Below the pieces are notes generated by a model. That model saw only the letters and a list, made by a program, of their open reading frames with translations. It had not been told where the DNA came from and searched no databases. Below are positions 41,391-55,246 of a stretch of 64,000 bases of DNA, piece after piece. Numbering within the stretch: position 1 is the stretch's first letter; every line of letters begins with the position of its first letter. The translations under genes were made by a program, and so were the position numbers. The stretch comes from Eledone cirrhosa (lineage: Eukaryota). Where the stretch lies: NCBI GenBank assembly GCA_964016885.1, contig OZ024742.1, forward strand, positions 182,900,001 through 182,964,000, written 5' to 3'.

Positions 41391-42320
41391 AGAGGTCCAC
41401 TTCGACTGTTTTATAGTGTCTATGAAAATCCAGCCAAGCGTATCAAGTTTTCTGAACCTCGAGAGCTTGATGTCTCTAGTCCGACCTCCACTTCAACTAA
41501 TACTCACTATGTTGCAACGTCCATTCCGCACCCAGCTCAGAACGGTGATAAATCCGACAGTGAGACAGTGAAAGAGTCAGCTAGAAGTGGTGGCAGTATT
41601 AGTGGATGTAGCGGAGGAGGCAGCTCAAACTGCAGTAGCAATAACAAGAACAACATTAAGAACAATAAGAATAGTATCAACATCAACAATAAAAACGGCA
41701 GCAGCAACAGTAACAAAAACAGCAACAACAACATCAGCAGCAACAACGGGAACGTCAGCCATTCGAGCAAGAATTCAACATCTCTCAATTCAAGCATAGC
41801 GTCGGTTATCATTAGCAGCGCTACAAATTCAACAACAACAACAACAGCAGCAGCAGCGGCGGCAGCAGCAGCAGCGGACGCAGCAGCAGCAACAGCAACA
41901 TCACCTAGAGCAGCAATGTCAAGCGGAGCGACTGCTCTTTCTATTAATAACGTCAGTACAAGCAACGTTCCCTCCAATGCTCTGAATCCGACAACCACAA
42001 TGTTCACCTCTCCATCTTGTACAAAAGTAGCTTCCTCATCCACCAGCAGCAGCAGCAGCAGCAACAACAGCAATACAACTGCATCGACATTGGAAGTGAA
42101 AAGTTCTCAGTTAACATCTGCCGCCGCTGCTGCTGCCGCCGCCGCTGCTGCTATGGCGGACAACCAAAATATTACTTTCAAAATGCCTGAAGATGAGAAA
42201 TACGAAAGGCCAAAAGATTTCAAAGAATTAGTATTTAATGGACAAGTTCTAAATGGCCATGATGAAAATGTGATTGTTAAAACTGAGCCAATGACGGATG
42301 CCTTATCTGTGACGTCATAG
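41391..42320 (+). CDS. BMI1: BMI1/Psc-like gene terminal coding exon (RAWUL end, NLS, low-complexity C-terminal tail)
   Basis: Acceptor tttttgcag. RGPLRLFYSVYENPAKRIK matches BMI1 NGPLPLKYRVRPTCKRMK. 309 codons followed by tandem TAG TAG. Confidence 0.93.
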   Translation, partial: RGPLRLFYSVYENPAKRIKFSEPRELDVSSPTSTSTNTHYVATSIPHPAQNGDKSDSETVKESARSGGSISGCSGGGSSNCSSNNKNNIKNNKNSININNKNGSSNSNKNSNNNISSNNGNVSHSSKNSTSLNSSIASVIISSATNSTTTTTAAAAAAAAAADAAAATATSPRAAMSSGATALSINNVSTSNVPSNALNPTTTMFTSPSCTKVASSSTSSSSSSNNSNTTASTLEVKSSQLTSAAAAAAAAAAAMADNQNITFKMPEDEKYERPKDFKELVFNGQVLNGHDENVIVKTEPMTDALSVTS

Positions 42321-42509
42321 TAGGCGGTGGACCATATTGAGGCGACGCTCCTTGAGAGGGTTTTTTTTTTTTTTTTTGTTACATCTTTTTTTTTTAATCA
42401 CAGTACACTGGTGTAGGAGCTGGAATAACATTTCGTGGCCAGTTCAATGTTCTGCACAAAATGTAAATAACTATTCGAGGAACTCTCTTTGATTATATAT
42501 ATATATATA

Positions 42510-42633
<124 letters not shown>

Positions 42634-42677
42634 AGTGAATGTGTGTATGTATGTAGTGGCAATATATACATACATTA

Positions 42678-42730
<53 letters not shown>

Positions 42731-42909
42731 TATACATATAAAGGGGTGGAAAGGATGTATGCTGTTTAATCATATCGGTGAAATTGACTTTACTTTCCGA
42801 CAGAGAAAGAAGACATTATTTGATAGTCATTCATCAGCTCTAATTCAAATTGAATTAACTTCATTTCAACTTTTTCCTTACACCACTTTTCATTCGATTA
42901 CTATTATTA

Positions 42910-42949
<40 letters not shown>

Positions 42950-43078
42950 CATTATTATTATTTTTAATATTTGTATCATCATTATTGCGGTTATTTATAT
43001 TAGTATTACACATTGCCACTATAAATATTAAGGATATATTATGATCACTAATATTACTACTACTACTACTACTACTCT

Positions 43079-43284
43079 AAACCGTATTATCCTATGGCCG
43101 GGCCGCTTGTCTTTCAGGTATTTCGGGGCCCTTCTGACACTTAAATCTGGTTACAGTGCCTCAACAAAAAAGAAAAATGTGATGGGCCCCTAGTCCCTGG
43201 TGGGTTGTTAGTCCCAGTGGGGCCTTAGTCTCTGTGGGGCTCCTAGGCTTTAGCCTAATCAGCCTTATGAATAATACGGCCTTG
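43079..43284. mobile_element. GC-rich hAT-like MITE within an (ACT)n tract downstream of the stop codon
   Basis: ccgtattatcc ... gaataatacgg terminal inverted repeats with internal gggccc motifs. Confidence 0.55.
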
Positions 43285-43285
43285 A

Positions 43286-43323
<38 letters not shown>

Positions 43324-43699
43324 TTACTACAGATGAGCGCCGAAGAATAGAACTGAGCTCCCAGCGATCCGAATTAGTGTGAAGTCTGTGTCGATCCATG
43401 TTTGGAGCCATTAAATTGGCATCGCTAATATTCTCGGACAAAATCGTGGGTAAAGTAGCTGGTGAGAATCAGCAGCAACCCCACCCCCACCCACGAGAAG
43501 GCGGGGAGCAGCAGTTAGAGAACATTACGTTGAACACGCATCTCTATACATATTTTGATATATTTATTAAATAAATACTTTTAAAAAAACACATACACAC
43601 AAAGAAGGGCGCAAATCATTAAGTTTGTCTCGGGAGCAAAAATGAGAAACCCCTGGCTATAGTTTATTGATTTGGGGAAAAACATGAACACCAACTTTT

Positions 43700-43762
<63 letters not shown>

Positions 43763-43763
43763 T

Positions 43764-43794
<31 letters not shown>

Positions 43795-46366
43795 TAAATC
43801 TCAGGCATCGTGCCAAATTTAAGAGCAAACATTAATTATTAATGTTTGTTCATGTATCTATGTCCGACATGATGCTGCAGCAGTCAGCTTCCGACGAATT
43901 GAGTCCATGACCTCGTTTTGATTCCAAGCTACGATCACTTTAACTTACTTGCTTATATGTCCCTGAGAAAGGCACGAACCTCACATTTTCTCATATCTTC
44001 TCTCCCTCAATCCTAATGTTTCATGCCTTTTACAGAGCCTAATAATCGACTTCCCCTCCACCTAAAATTGCTGACCTTATGCCTAGATTAAAACTCATTG
44101 TCATCATTATTGGTAGAATCATTAGAGCGTCGGACAAAATGCTTTGCGGATCTTTACCTTCTGAGTTAACATCTCGCCGAAGTCAACTTTGCCTTTCATC
44201 TTTCAAGAGTCGATAAAATAAAGTACCGGCCAAGTACTGAGGTTGATAGACTCGATGTTCCTCTCCCCACAACATTTCTGGGCTAACGCCTAAATTATAA
44301 TTTATTATTATTATTATTATTGTTATTATTATTGTTGTTAATATTTTTATTATATCCCCACCTTAGCCATTTTGCGGTTAAACTTTTCTAACCTACATAG
44401 GCTAATTTGCTGTTCAGAGATCCTTGTTCTGTGCATTAGTCTGTAAAATGGGAATTGATATGTCCTGTTTACTAACTGCCATGGGACAATTCTCAACACC
44501 TAAATAATCTGCCAGCACTCACTATTTTTTTCAGTGAATTATCATTATAAACAATGTAATTAATGTCAACTTAATTGCTGTAGATTCATTCGTTGTTTTT
44601 TTTTGTTTTTTTTTCTTCATAATTTTTGTGGGGAGGGTCTTCACTGGGAAACAAAAACAATTAGTTAAAACAAAACGAGGAGAGTTTTTTTTCTTTACTA
44701 TAATAGATTGTGCTGCGTTTGGCGTCACATATCTAAAGCACAGCCTCGGTAAAGCCACAGAAATGAGAAACCAAGTCAGCAAAATTTAAAAAAAGGAATC
44801 TATTGTGGAAAAAGAGTTTTTAAAGTTGTTAATAATATGACTGAAATTATTGCAATAAATCGGAGCTCTTTGATGTGAAAGTACAATGTACACTGTACAT
44901 CATCTCTTCTTTGAAAACTGAAAATAAGAGAAACTCTGCATACCTCAAAGTTTGCTTTGAACAATGTCTATTCTCAGTAGCTCAGGACAATCAACTACTA
45001 CATATGAATGTTTAATAAACGTCTATATATCACGAGGTCAAAACAATTCCATTCTAACCAATGGTTCTTCTGACCAAAACAAAAATATGTTGCAGGTAAA
45101 AAGGGTTAAAAAAAAGGAAAAATGAAACAATAACAAACGAGATTGAAATAGAGAGGTCTGTGTTTCGTTTCTCTCCTGAAGCGTACTCCTCACGAAGTCA
45201 TACCTTAACCATTGCTTCATAAGGCTTCAACTATAGACATATGAAAAGAACCAAAAACTTCATCAGTCTAAATGTTAAGCAGATATGGTGACTCCGTCGA
45301 TAATAATGTTGCGAAACCGAAATGCAAAAGGTGTGCGTGTGTGTGTGAAAATGTAGAAATATTTACATACACATGACTATGCAGTGTATAAAAAAGCACA
45401 TGACACACGGATATAAATCTTTACATTAGAGTAAGTGTGTGTGTGCGTGCGTGCGCGCGCGCGCGTGTGTGTGTCTTAAGAACTGAAACTTTTTGAATCG
45501 TAACTATGCCACGTTGCCGATTGTTCAAATGATTGGATTAAAGAAGCAGTGAGACCACATAATGAAAAATATTCATAAACATCAAAATATCAGATTTGAC
45601 TGGCTGCCGAAAATGTGACACATTAAATTTCCATACGCAGTAAACGTTATATATCCATCTGTTCACGCGTAAAATAACGTGATATCTTACTGTCTTCAGT
45701 ATCATATATTCATATATGTACAAAACACGAAAGCAAAGAAGGTGGCTACCGTTAATCAAGTCTTGGGTTTGATGAATAACTATTTTATCTAGCTAGTAGT
45801 TGTAAATTATTCAATAAATACCGATGGAAATTCCTACATGAATTACTGGTCTTTTGCTGAAATTTGTCAAAGATTATTATAGAATGTGGTACTTGTTCAA
45901 GAGACAAATATCATACCTTTGACGTCATTGATGTAGTAGCAGGCGTGTTCTATAATCGACCACTTATATAATATCAAGTGTCCAATATATAACACGATTC
46001 CTTTCTGAAGATTAGTATAAGATGACTTGTATATTTACCATTGCTTAAAAGATAGCAAAACGATTGGCTATTGATCAATATTAATATTTCATTAACAATA
46101 GACACCGTCATTTCTTTTGTGTGTTTTACGTGTTTTTCGTGTGATACAGTATATGATACTAAGGAAAGAAAATTACGAGGTTTTTTCGCGTGTGAATACA
46201 TGAATGTAACGCGTGTCTATCAATGGCAATTGAATAGATGAATGTGTGATGGACTTTGGCATCATTTCATTTCTATATGCTTACGAATGTTTTGGCATGT
46301 TACTTCCATTCGCTTAAATATTCGTCAACGTTAAACGACTGAAGAAGCTTCAACATCTAATCAATA

Positions 46367-46472
<106 letters not shown>

Positions 46473-46784
46473 ATAATAAGTGACAGTTACTTACAGGTTT
46501 CGCCTTTGATGGTCCTATCGACTGTCGGTAGAACTGAAAAAATATAAAAATATAAGTAACTGTAATCATTTATGGTATAAAATACATTTACTTGACTCTA
46601 CGTTTTGTACTGAATGTTATATCAGATACATATATATTGTTTTAAGATATATAAGCCTACATATCTAGTTTCTAATTTCTTTTAAGTTGAATAATTAGTC
46701 TTAATAGTAACATTTAGTAATATCTTACACAGACATACACACATATATATGTGTATGTGTATGTGGATATACATATATATACAT

Positions 46785-46932
<148 letters not shown>

Positions 46933-48280
46933 TTCCAGCCATATACTCACGTATAACACACTAACACACTACACACTACACCACCCTCTGTGATAGAGAA
47001 GTAAAGCATTAAATAAATAAATATTCGGTGAGCTGCAACTAAAACATTTCTGTAGTCAACCTGTCAAGTATATCCTTGGTATACTTTCAACAGTGAATGA
47101 AAGCCTCTTGTTACACAACGTCAAACAACCAACTAACCAAAAGAAAAAAACAACCAATCAAACAACTAACTAATCAACTAACCAACCAACCTACCAACCA
47201 ACATTCTCAATGGAGCTGCTCAATCCGAAGAACAGATGAGATAAAAGGGATTATTCAATGGGTTTTTTTTTTCCTTCCTCGAAGTGTTTTCAATTTTTTT
47301 TTCTGTCGGGCTGTGTGAAACGTGGATTATTAGTTGCTGAACAGAATTGTATCTGAAAGAACTCGGTGTTGAAATTTAGAAGAATAAACCCAAAAACTAA
47401 AAAGAAAAAAAAAAGAAAAGAAAAAGACTTGGTAATTATTTACAAATCTAGTGCTATTGATTTTATCAGCTGATATTAAAAATACAGGAATACATCAGAT
47501 AAACAATTCGGTTGTTGTTGTTGTTGCTGTTGTTGTTTTTGTTTCTGTTGCTGCTGTTGTTGTTGTTCTTTATATGACAATTGCTCGATATATTTTGGGT
47601 GTTGAAAAAAAATGGAGTTTTGGTAGTGTTGTTGGTAGTAATGATAATGAGAGTGGTCATGGTAGTGGTAGAGTTGGTGTTCTGGGTGGTGGTGATGTTG
47701 GTGGTTGCAGAGGTGGTGATAATGTTGTTGTAACGATGATAAGGAATGTTGTTGTAGTGGTGGTAATAATGATGATGGTGGGTGAAGTTGTGGTGATAAT
47801 GAAGATGGAGAGTGAGGCTGTAATGGTAGTGTTGCAGGTGGTAATGATGATGATAATGGGGTTCATGGTAATCCGAGTGATAGTGATTGGGGTTGGACAT
47901 GGTGGAGGTGATAGTGTTGATGGTGGTGGTGGTGGTGAAGGTGGTGATAATGACGGCAGCGCTGGTTGTTTGTTTCTTTTTGTTTAGTATGTGCTTTATT
48001 TATATACACTGTCTACTGAATGCAAAAAAAAAAGTTTTCATGTATTGATTTTTTTCAGAATTCTTTTATAATCACGATTGTTTTGTTTGCAATATCATGA
48101 CCAACATCAAGTAACGGAAGAGAGTTATTTGCATTGTGTATAAAGGATGGAGGGAAAACTGAGCATTTATATTGTATTTGTTTTCTATCCGGAAGTCTAC
48201 CTGTGATACATGTACACCTACCACTAACATAATGTAATATATAACATGTTTAAGATGCCATCTTTGTGTTATATATATAC

Positions 48281-48315
<35 letters not shown>

Positions 48316-48316
<1 letters not shown>

Positions 48317-48508
48317 CAAAGGAATTGTGGTAAGGAACCAGATGGACCATAATGCACCAGAGTACTCAATACTTCGGGTAGTAGAGTGGGAAATAAGAAA
48401 AAGTACGACCCCGACGGCAGAGCTCAAGCCGTTTCGACAGCTATTTCTGGACTCAGAAATAGCCGTCGAAACGGCTTGAGCTCTGCCGTCGGGGTCACAC
48501 TTTTTCCT
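48316..48508. mobile_element. Palindromic cassette of the same family as 54857-55062, opposite orientation
   Basis: Tail at 48316-48398, arms at about 48399-48505. Shares gaccccgacggc.gagctcaagccgtttcgac with the 54.9 kb copy. Confidence 0.8.
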
Positions 48509-48531
48509 ATATATATATGTATATATATATA

Positions 48532-49000
48532 TAGTATAAAAGAGAAAACACAGGTAAGCATTAAGAGAAGGATTTTATCCAGGTATTTACGACCGTTTCA
48601 TTGGTAAGTGCAACCTTATATTGCTATACTGCAAATAGCAGCCACTCAATTATAATTGTTGTTCACAGTCCAAATCTTCCGATATATTAAGAATTATTTC
48701 AAGAGTAACTTACTATTTTGAAAATTTGGACTGTGAACAACAATTATAATTGAGTGGCTGCTATTTGCAGTGTAGCAATATAAGGTTGCACTTACCAATG
48801 AAACGGTCGTAAATAGCTGGATAAAATCCTTCTATTAATGCTTACTTGTGTTTTCTCTTTTATACTTTATACTCCAAGATTGAGCGGAATTCTTACAAAC
48901 TTGTGGAGTTACCCCTAACCGTACGTTGAAACCATCCATGAAACTGGCTTTCTTAACCAAAAACTTGATCACAATAAGCAACTTTTTGCTTCTCTAACTA
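48532..49000. mobile_element. Inverted cassette with ~145 bp arms plus tail, decayed hammerhead
   Basis: About 48533-48675 is inverted to about 48724-48866. tatt-TTGAAAA-tttgg..ccaat-GAAA-cggtcg-TA-aata at 48714-48815. Confidence 0.72.
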
Positions 49001-49103
49001 TATATATATATTAGAAAGTGAGGTTTTTTTTACAAAATGAAAAATAACCGAGGTGTCCTACACGAGTGAAAGTATAAAGAAAAAGATCCTCCATCTCAAC
49101 TCA

Positions 49104-49141
49104 CCTTTTGAAAAGCAGAAGAACTGCGAAACCGGTAAAGG
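49104..49141 (+). ncRNA. Decayed minimal hammerhead motif
   Basis: cctt-TTGAAAA-gcag(aagaa)ctgc-GAAA-ccgg-TA-aagg. All stems pair but the core is mutated from CUGAAGA. Confidence 0.5.
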
Positions 49142-49208
49142 AACCAAATAAATATATATATTTAAAAAAAATAAGACTCCAGTTGCATTTTCGATTTCAT
49201 CTCTTTTT

Positions 49209-49267
<59 letters not shown>

Positions 49268-49362
49268 GATTAAACCACCATTAAACTAGTTAGACCAGAA
49301 AATTCGATAATTGGGATAGTAGAGTGTGACTGAGTCGGAGCTCAGCCGTCGGCCCCAGACTC

Positions 49363-49409
<47 letters not shown>

Positions 49410-52400
49410 TAAAATTAGTGAGTCAGAAGGTTTAACAATGTTATTTTTACACCGATTGTCCTCAGATAATTCTATCGAATCTTTTGGCCCCAGGAATGGG
49501 GAAACTTTCTAATTTAATATTGTAGAAAATGTAACACAATTATTGCATTGATATCAATCTTGTAACGCAAATTTTTAGGCTTGATATTCGTACGAATAAT
49601 CCTATTTATCTTCAATTTTTAAAAATTGACGTAAAAGAAAATACTATTTTTATTTATAATATATTCTGCAAATTGATGCTGAAAACTTAGCGATGAAATA
49701 CCAAGCTTTAAAACATAAGTATATTGATCGATATGAATGACTAAATCAAGACAGTGCTCAGCATGGTCATCGTCTAATGACCTAAAGCAGTATAAGAATA
49801 TCAGAAGATCGTTTCTTTTTTCAAGTTACGGCATTTTATAAATTTTGAGATAAATCTAATAACAAATAGAAAAATGCCAATTAAGCACTTTGGATAACAA
49901 ATTTTTAGATTCTATACAGCAGAAAAATATATTTATTGCAAGAAACTGCATTAAATACTATTCGTAAAGGCGGACATGTTTTAGTTGCCACTCCAATGCA
50001 GATGGGGTTGTAAATATTGAGGTAACAAAATTGGATGAAGAAGGAGAAAAGTGAGAGTAAGTGCAAAGAAGGGAAGGAAAATGAGAAACCAGAGATTCTG
50101 TTACCTAGAGATTAATATATATTACAAGGTAACATAATCTCTACTTTTTTTTAATATTCTTTGCACTCTCTTTCACCTCTCTCTTTCCTCATTTGATTGT
50201 GCCACCTGAATTTTTACAACTCCATCTGCAGTGTAGTGGTTTCTAAATATAACCACTTTTCATATTCCGCAATGCTTCAAGAAGACTACAACACTCTCGT
50301 ATACTATTCTTAAATTATAAAGAGGACCGAAAGCCAGACACTCTGCTATATGTCATCTTATTATAAAAAAAGCACAGCAAGATGCGTAGAGCAAGAAATA
50401 TACTCATCGTAAGCCGAGTCAAGAACACAATTTTAATGCCCTTGGAAGTTATTTCATATCAAGTATGCCGAAGTTCCTCTTAAGAGAAGTTACAAAAGTT
50501 ATTATATCATAATTCGCCTAACCTCTTAAAATACAAAGTTTTTGTGCCTGGTGAAACAGAAATTCTATATTATATAACGTTCGTGTTAAAGGTTGTACAT
50601 TATCATTCGTGACGGCTCATATGTTAATGGTGAGGGCTGTGACTAAGATTTCTGACGGTGAATTATGTCCTTGAGAGGGAAACCTTATTTCATCCTGCTC
50701 TAGACTACTCAGTTGACAAAAATTAACTGTACAGATAATTTAAAGGAGCAGCCTCGTCGTACACAGTATCACGCTGAATCTCCTTGAAATTTACGTTAAG
50801 GGTACACATGTCTATAGAATGCTCAGCTACTCACATGATAATTTCACAAGCAAGCTGTTCCGTTGATCAAACAACTTAAGCACTCGTTATCGTAAGTAAG
50901 GAAGCACAATACAAAAATTGTCATTGAAGGTGGTAAACATGAGGTGTGTTATATTTTATTTTTCATATATTCACAACTATCCCTGGCCTGTTCCTATTAC
51001 TATATTAAGTATTACAAAAGATATAGCTTACAAAGTCCCCATAAAATGTTCACCATTAACATTTTTCTTTATACATTCTATATATAAACCTATTGCTTAA
51101 CTAAATCATATTTACTTAAATGTGAAGTAAAATAAGAACTTGCCTGATAAATAAAAGGACGAGCCTGTTTTACGTATTCTGTTATAATGTTTTAGAGAAA
51201 GATAACTATTGACTCTTTTAAGATTGAAACACTTGACAATATTTAAAACATGTTTTCAACTAGATTAAAACTGTAACCGCCTGGACCTGTCTCTTGTTGT
51301 ATATGAAACTGCTTGTTTTAAAGTGTTTATATTTTTAATTGTTTATAGTTATCTAAAAACTTCCATCAATTATTTCGTGTTCCCGACACCATCTTAAATG
51401 ATAGTTATTTTACTAAATACCCTTGCATTCTTGATTATTTTCAAAATTGTTTGAAAATTATAGTCTGTGTCTTTCATTAGAAATATGGTAATGAAAGGGT
51501 AATAGATGCTTTGAAATAAAGTAAGCAGAATGTATTGATATAATTTAGAAAACAAAGAGATCGATTAATGTTTTCGATTTTATTACACCTTTCATTAAAT
51601 TAGCGAAGAGCTTCTTACACAGAAATATGTATGTATGTATATATGTAGTAACAAACGGTGACAACACAAATCGGCAAATGAAAGGTTGACATGTGTTTCG
51701 ATTACTGGTTCTGCCTAGTGGAGTGGACAGAATTTTAAAAAGTCAGTCTAACTCGGTGTGCTCGTTGTTTCCATTCGTGATATAATCAACAGACAGGATA
51801 AAACAGAAGTTTAAGTTGACCATTCTTTCTTTAATCCACCTAAACTGAATGAAGATAACTGATTACAATAAAACAAAGTATCTCATCTGGTATTTGAATA
51901 ATTGTAGAATTAATAAATGGTGGCAGTGAGACAAAATATGTTCATTTGTCGAACGATTCACTGAAGGTGGCGCCACTAATCTAATTAGACTGTATGTTGG
52001 CTTCATGCCAATCATTGGCAAGAAATAAATTGAATTCATCTTCATAGAATTGCATTTCTTCTAAGTACTGTTAACCTGATAGTACTGGTTCAAGTATTTA
52101 ACCGAGAGCTAAGGCAAATTTATCGTGTGTGCTTAAATTCCTATCCGGTAAACACTGTACCAACTGGGACATCAGCAGAAATGTACTGCTTTAAACCACC
52201 CTTCCCACATAGATGGCAGCAGCAGCAGTAGTAGTTGTAGTAGTCTGTTGTATGGCTGTTTATAGTAACAGTAGGCTCTATATAATAAGGAAAACATTTT
52301 TTTTTTAGCCGATAACTTGCTCTTGGTAAGATCGTACTGATAAATTTGACAGCAGAATAGATAGACAAACTGATGTTGGTTCCTTTGTATTTTACCAAGA

Positions 52401-53629
52401 ATTAACTGAAATCCATTGACATACAACTAAATATTATTGACTTTTAATTGTACTCAAGTTAACAGTTTAACCATCATAGATTCAACTTTCAGTTTTTTAC
52501 ATTGTTAACCCTTTCGTTTTCATATGTTAATTGTTTCCAAATAATTTTGAAAATAATCAAGTATTTAGACGAATTTAGTAATAGAACTAACTTTCCCATT
52601 ATTTAATTGATTGGAGCAAAGCTTAATATAGGCTCTTACATAAAAATATGATGAGAGGTTTTCACACAACTATAAACACTTTAAAACAGTTTATATTGTA
52701 GAACTAAGGAAGGATTCGGGCGGTTTGGTGTCAAAAAGGTGTCAAAACTATATAAAGGCGGGTGAGAAAGAAATTGATAATGGTTTCTGGTTTAGGCACA
52801 AATCCTATAATTTTGAGAGAGAGGAAATTCGTTTAAATTTACCCCAGTGCATTACTGGTACTGTATTTTATTGGCCCCGTAAGGGTGTAAGGCAAAGCTA
52901 ACCTCGGCGGGATTTGAACTCAGAACGTAAAGGGATATAACTAAATGCCACAAAGCATGTTATCCGATGCTCAACAAATACTGTCAATCCATTGCCCTGA
53001 GCAAAGAATTGATAAAGTGGATCTATGAAAGTGAAAAACATTGTATTGTTTCCCCACACAGAAATTTGGGTTCATTAATTATATTTAATTATTATTTTCG
53101 TTACGTCTGAAAGTAGAAATAAAGAAGAATCGATACATTCGAATTACAAGAGAAAATACGATCTTATTTTTTTTTTTTTTTTTTTTTTTTGCAAAGTGCC
53201 TTCATTGATTAAGCACCCCAAAATAATAATTGTTGTATTTAATTTTCCTTTTAGTTTTTCTATTCTTATTGCTTTTGTTTGGTTTTATTGTTGTTCAAAT
53301 CATGATTATCTTATTAACAGACACCAACCACCCCTTCGATTTACTATACCTTATGCTGGTATTACTATAGCTAGGTAACGTGTGTTTTTACTTAATTGTA
53401 GAACAGACTTCACTGCACACTGATTGTTAGAATTCTTTACAAATGTAAACAAAATTATTAGTTTCTTTATGCTTTGCAATCGTACGCTTAACATAAGATA
53501 CACTCAGATGTAGGCTAATATTACCCCCACTACCACCACCACCGCACACACACATGTAAGAAAATGTAATTGCTATTCGCCTCCAAATAAATTAATCGAA
53601 TATAAAATTACAAGACATTACTGGTTACA

Positions 53630-53790
53630 GAGATGATGATGAATATTAGGTTACAGGTTTGTGTGTTTGAGCTAAAAATCACAATTTCTATGTTCATAAT
53701 GTTTCTCCACTGGAATCTAAAGCACATGTCGAAACCTAGATTCCGCCATATACAACATATCACTAGTGACCATCATAACCTAATTAAACA
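53630..53790. repeat. Dispersed repeat, second copy at 63840-64000
   Basis: Shared gaatattaggttacaggtttgtgt...aaacctagattccgccatatacaacatatcactagtgacc. Confidence 0.7.
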
Positions 53791-54827
53791 TTCTGCTAGT
53801 TCTGCTAGCTGAACGATATTTGGCAGCTAGTTTGGATGATCTAGCAATTTTTGTTTCTCAATTATAAATGCAAACTCGTAAATTTACTCGCGATGGCCCT
53901 CTAAATTTTTAATCCCTGCTATGTGTCTATATGGACAACACTGAGAAGTAACGATTTAGTAAATAAAAATATTACCACATGTTTATGGGCTTCATCAATG
54001 TTTTGCGATATCTAATTACATTTCTGTAAGTAGGTGGAGTTAGGTTTTTATCCGTTAAAGTCTAATAAAATAACTACCAGTCATACCAGCCGAATACAGC
54101 TATTGATTAAATCGACTAATCCATTGGCACTGAAAATGTTTGAAAATTGGAAATCATTATTAATGCAACGCTTTAGGTTGGTCTATTGGCAGAATCGTTA
54201 GAACGTCGTGGTATTTAGTTATAGCCCTTTACGTTTTGAGTTCAAATCCCGCTGATGTTAGCTTTACCTTTCATCCTTACAGGGTCTATAAAATGAAACA
54301 CCAGTAATTCACTGGGTAATTTAATCAACTTTCCCCTCCCCCCAAATTGCTGGCCTTGTGGCTATAGTAGACTTCAATATTAATGCAACGTTTCGGGGTG
54401 GTGGATTGGCATAATCGTTAGAGCGTTGGATAAATGCTTTGTAGCATTTTTTACGGCCCTTTGCGTTCTGAGGTCAAATACCTTCGAGGTTAACTTTTTA
54501 ACTTTTATCTTTCAGGCGTTAATATGAAATAGTAAAAGTCAAGTACTGCAGTCAAAAAAAAAAAATACCAGTCGAGTACTTAAATTTAAAACTAATACTA
54601 ATGCACAATTTTCCGCTTCCTGCTTTTGTTGATGTCCTTTCTATTTTCTATTAATTAAAATATTATAATTACATAAAATTAAATCGTGTCGAGGTGTACG
54701 GCAATATATAGGAGTTAAATTAAATAAAACAAAAATAGATACAAGAAATAACTAGTAATTATGCCAAGAAAACAATCCCTTATTTTATTGAAATATGAAA
54801 GGAAATATATTTCTAATATAAATAATG

Positions 54828-55246
<419 letters not shown>

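Noticed and set aside
41537-42073. 178-aa antisense ORF
   Set aside because: Shadow of the CAG/AAC-rich coding exon on the opposite strand.
47451-47987. 178-aa Val/Gly-rich ORF and His-rich antisense ORF
   Set aside because: Degenerate (GGT/GAT/GTT)n low-complexity DNA lacks stops by composition.
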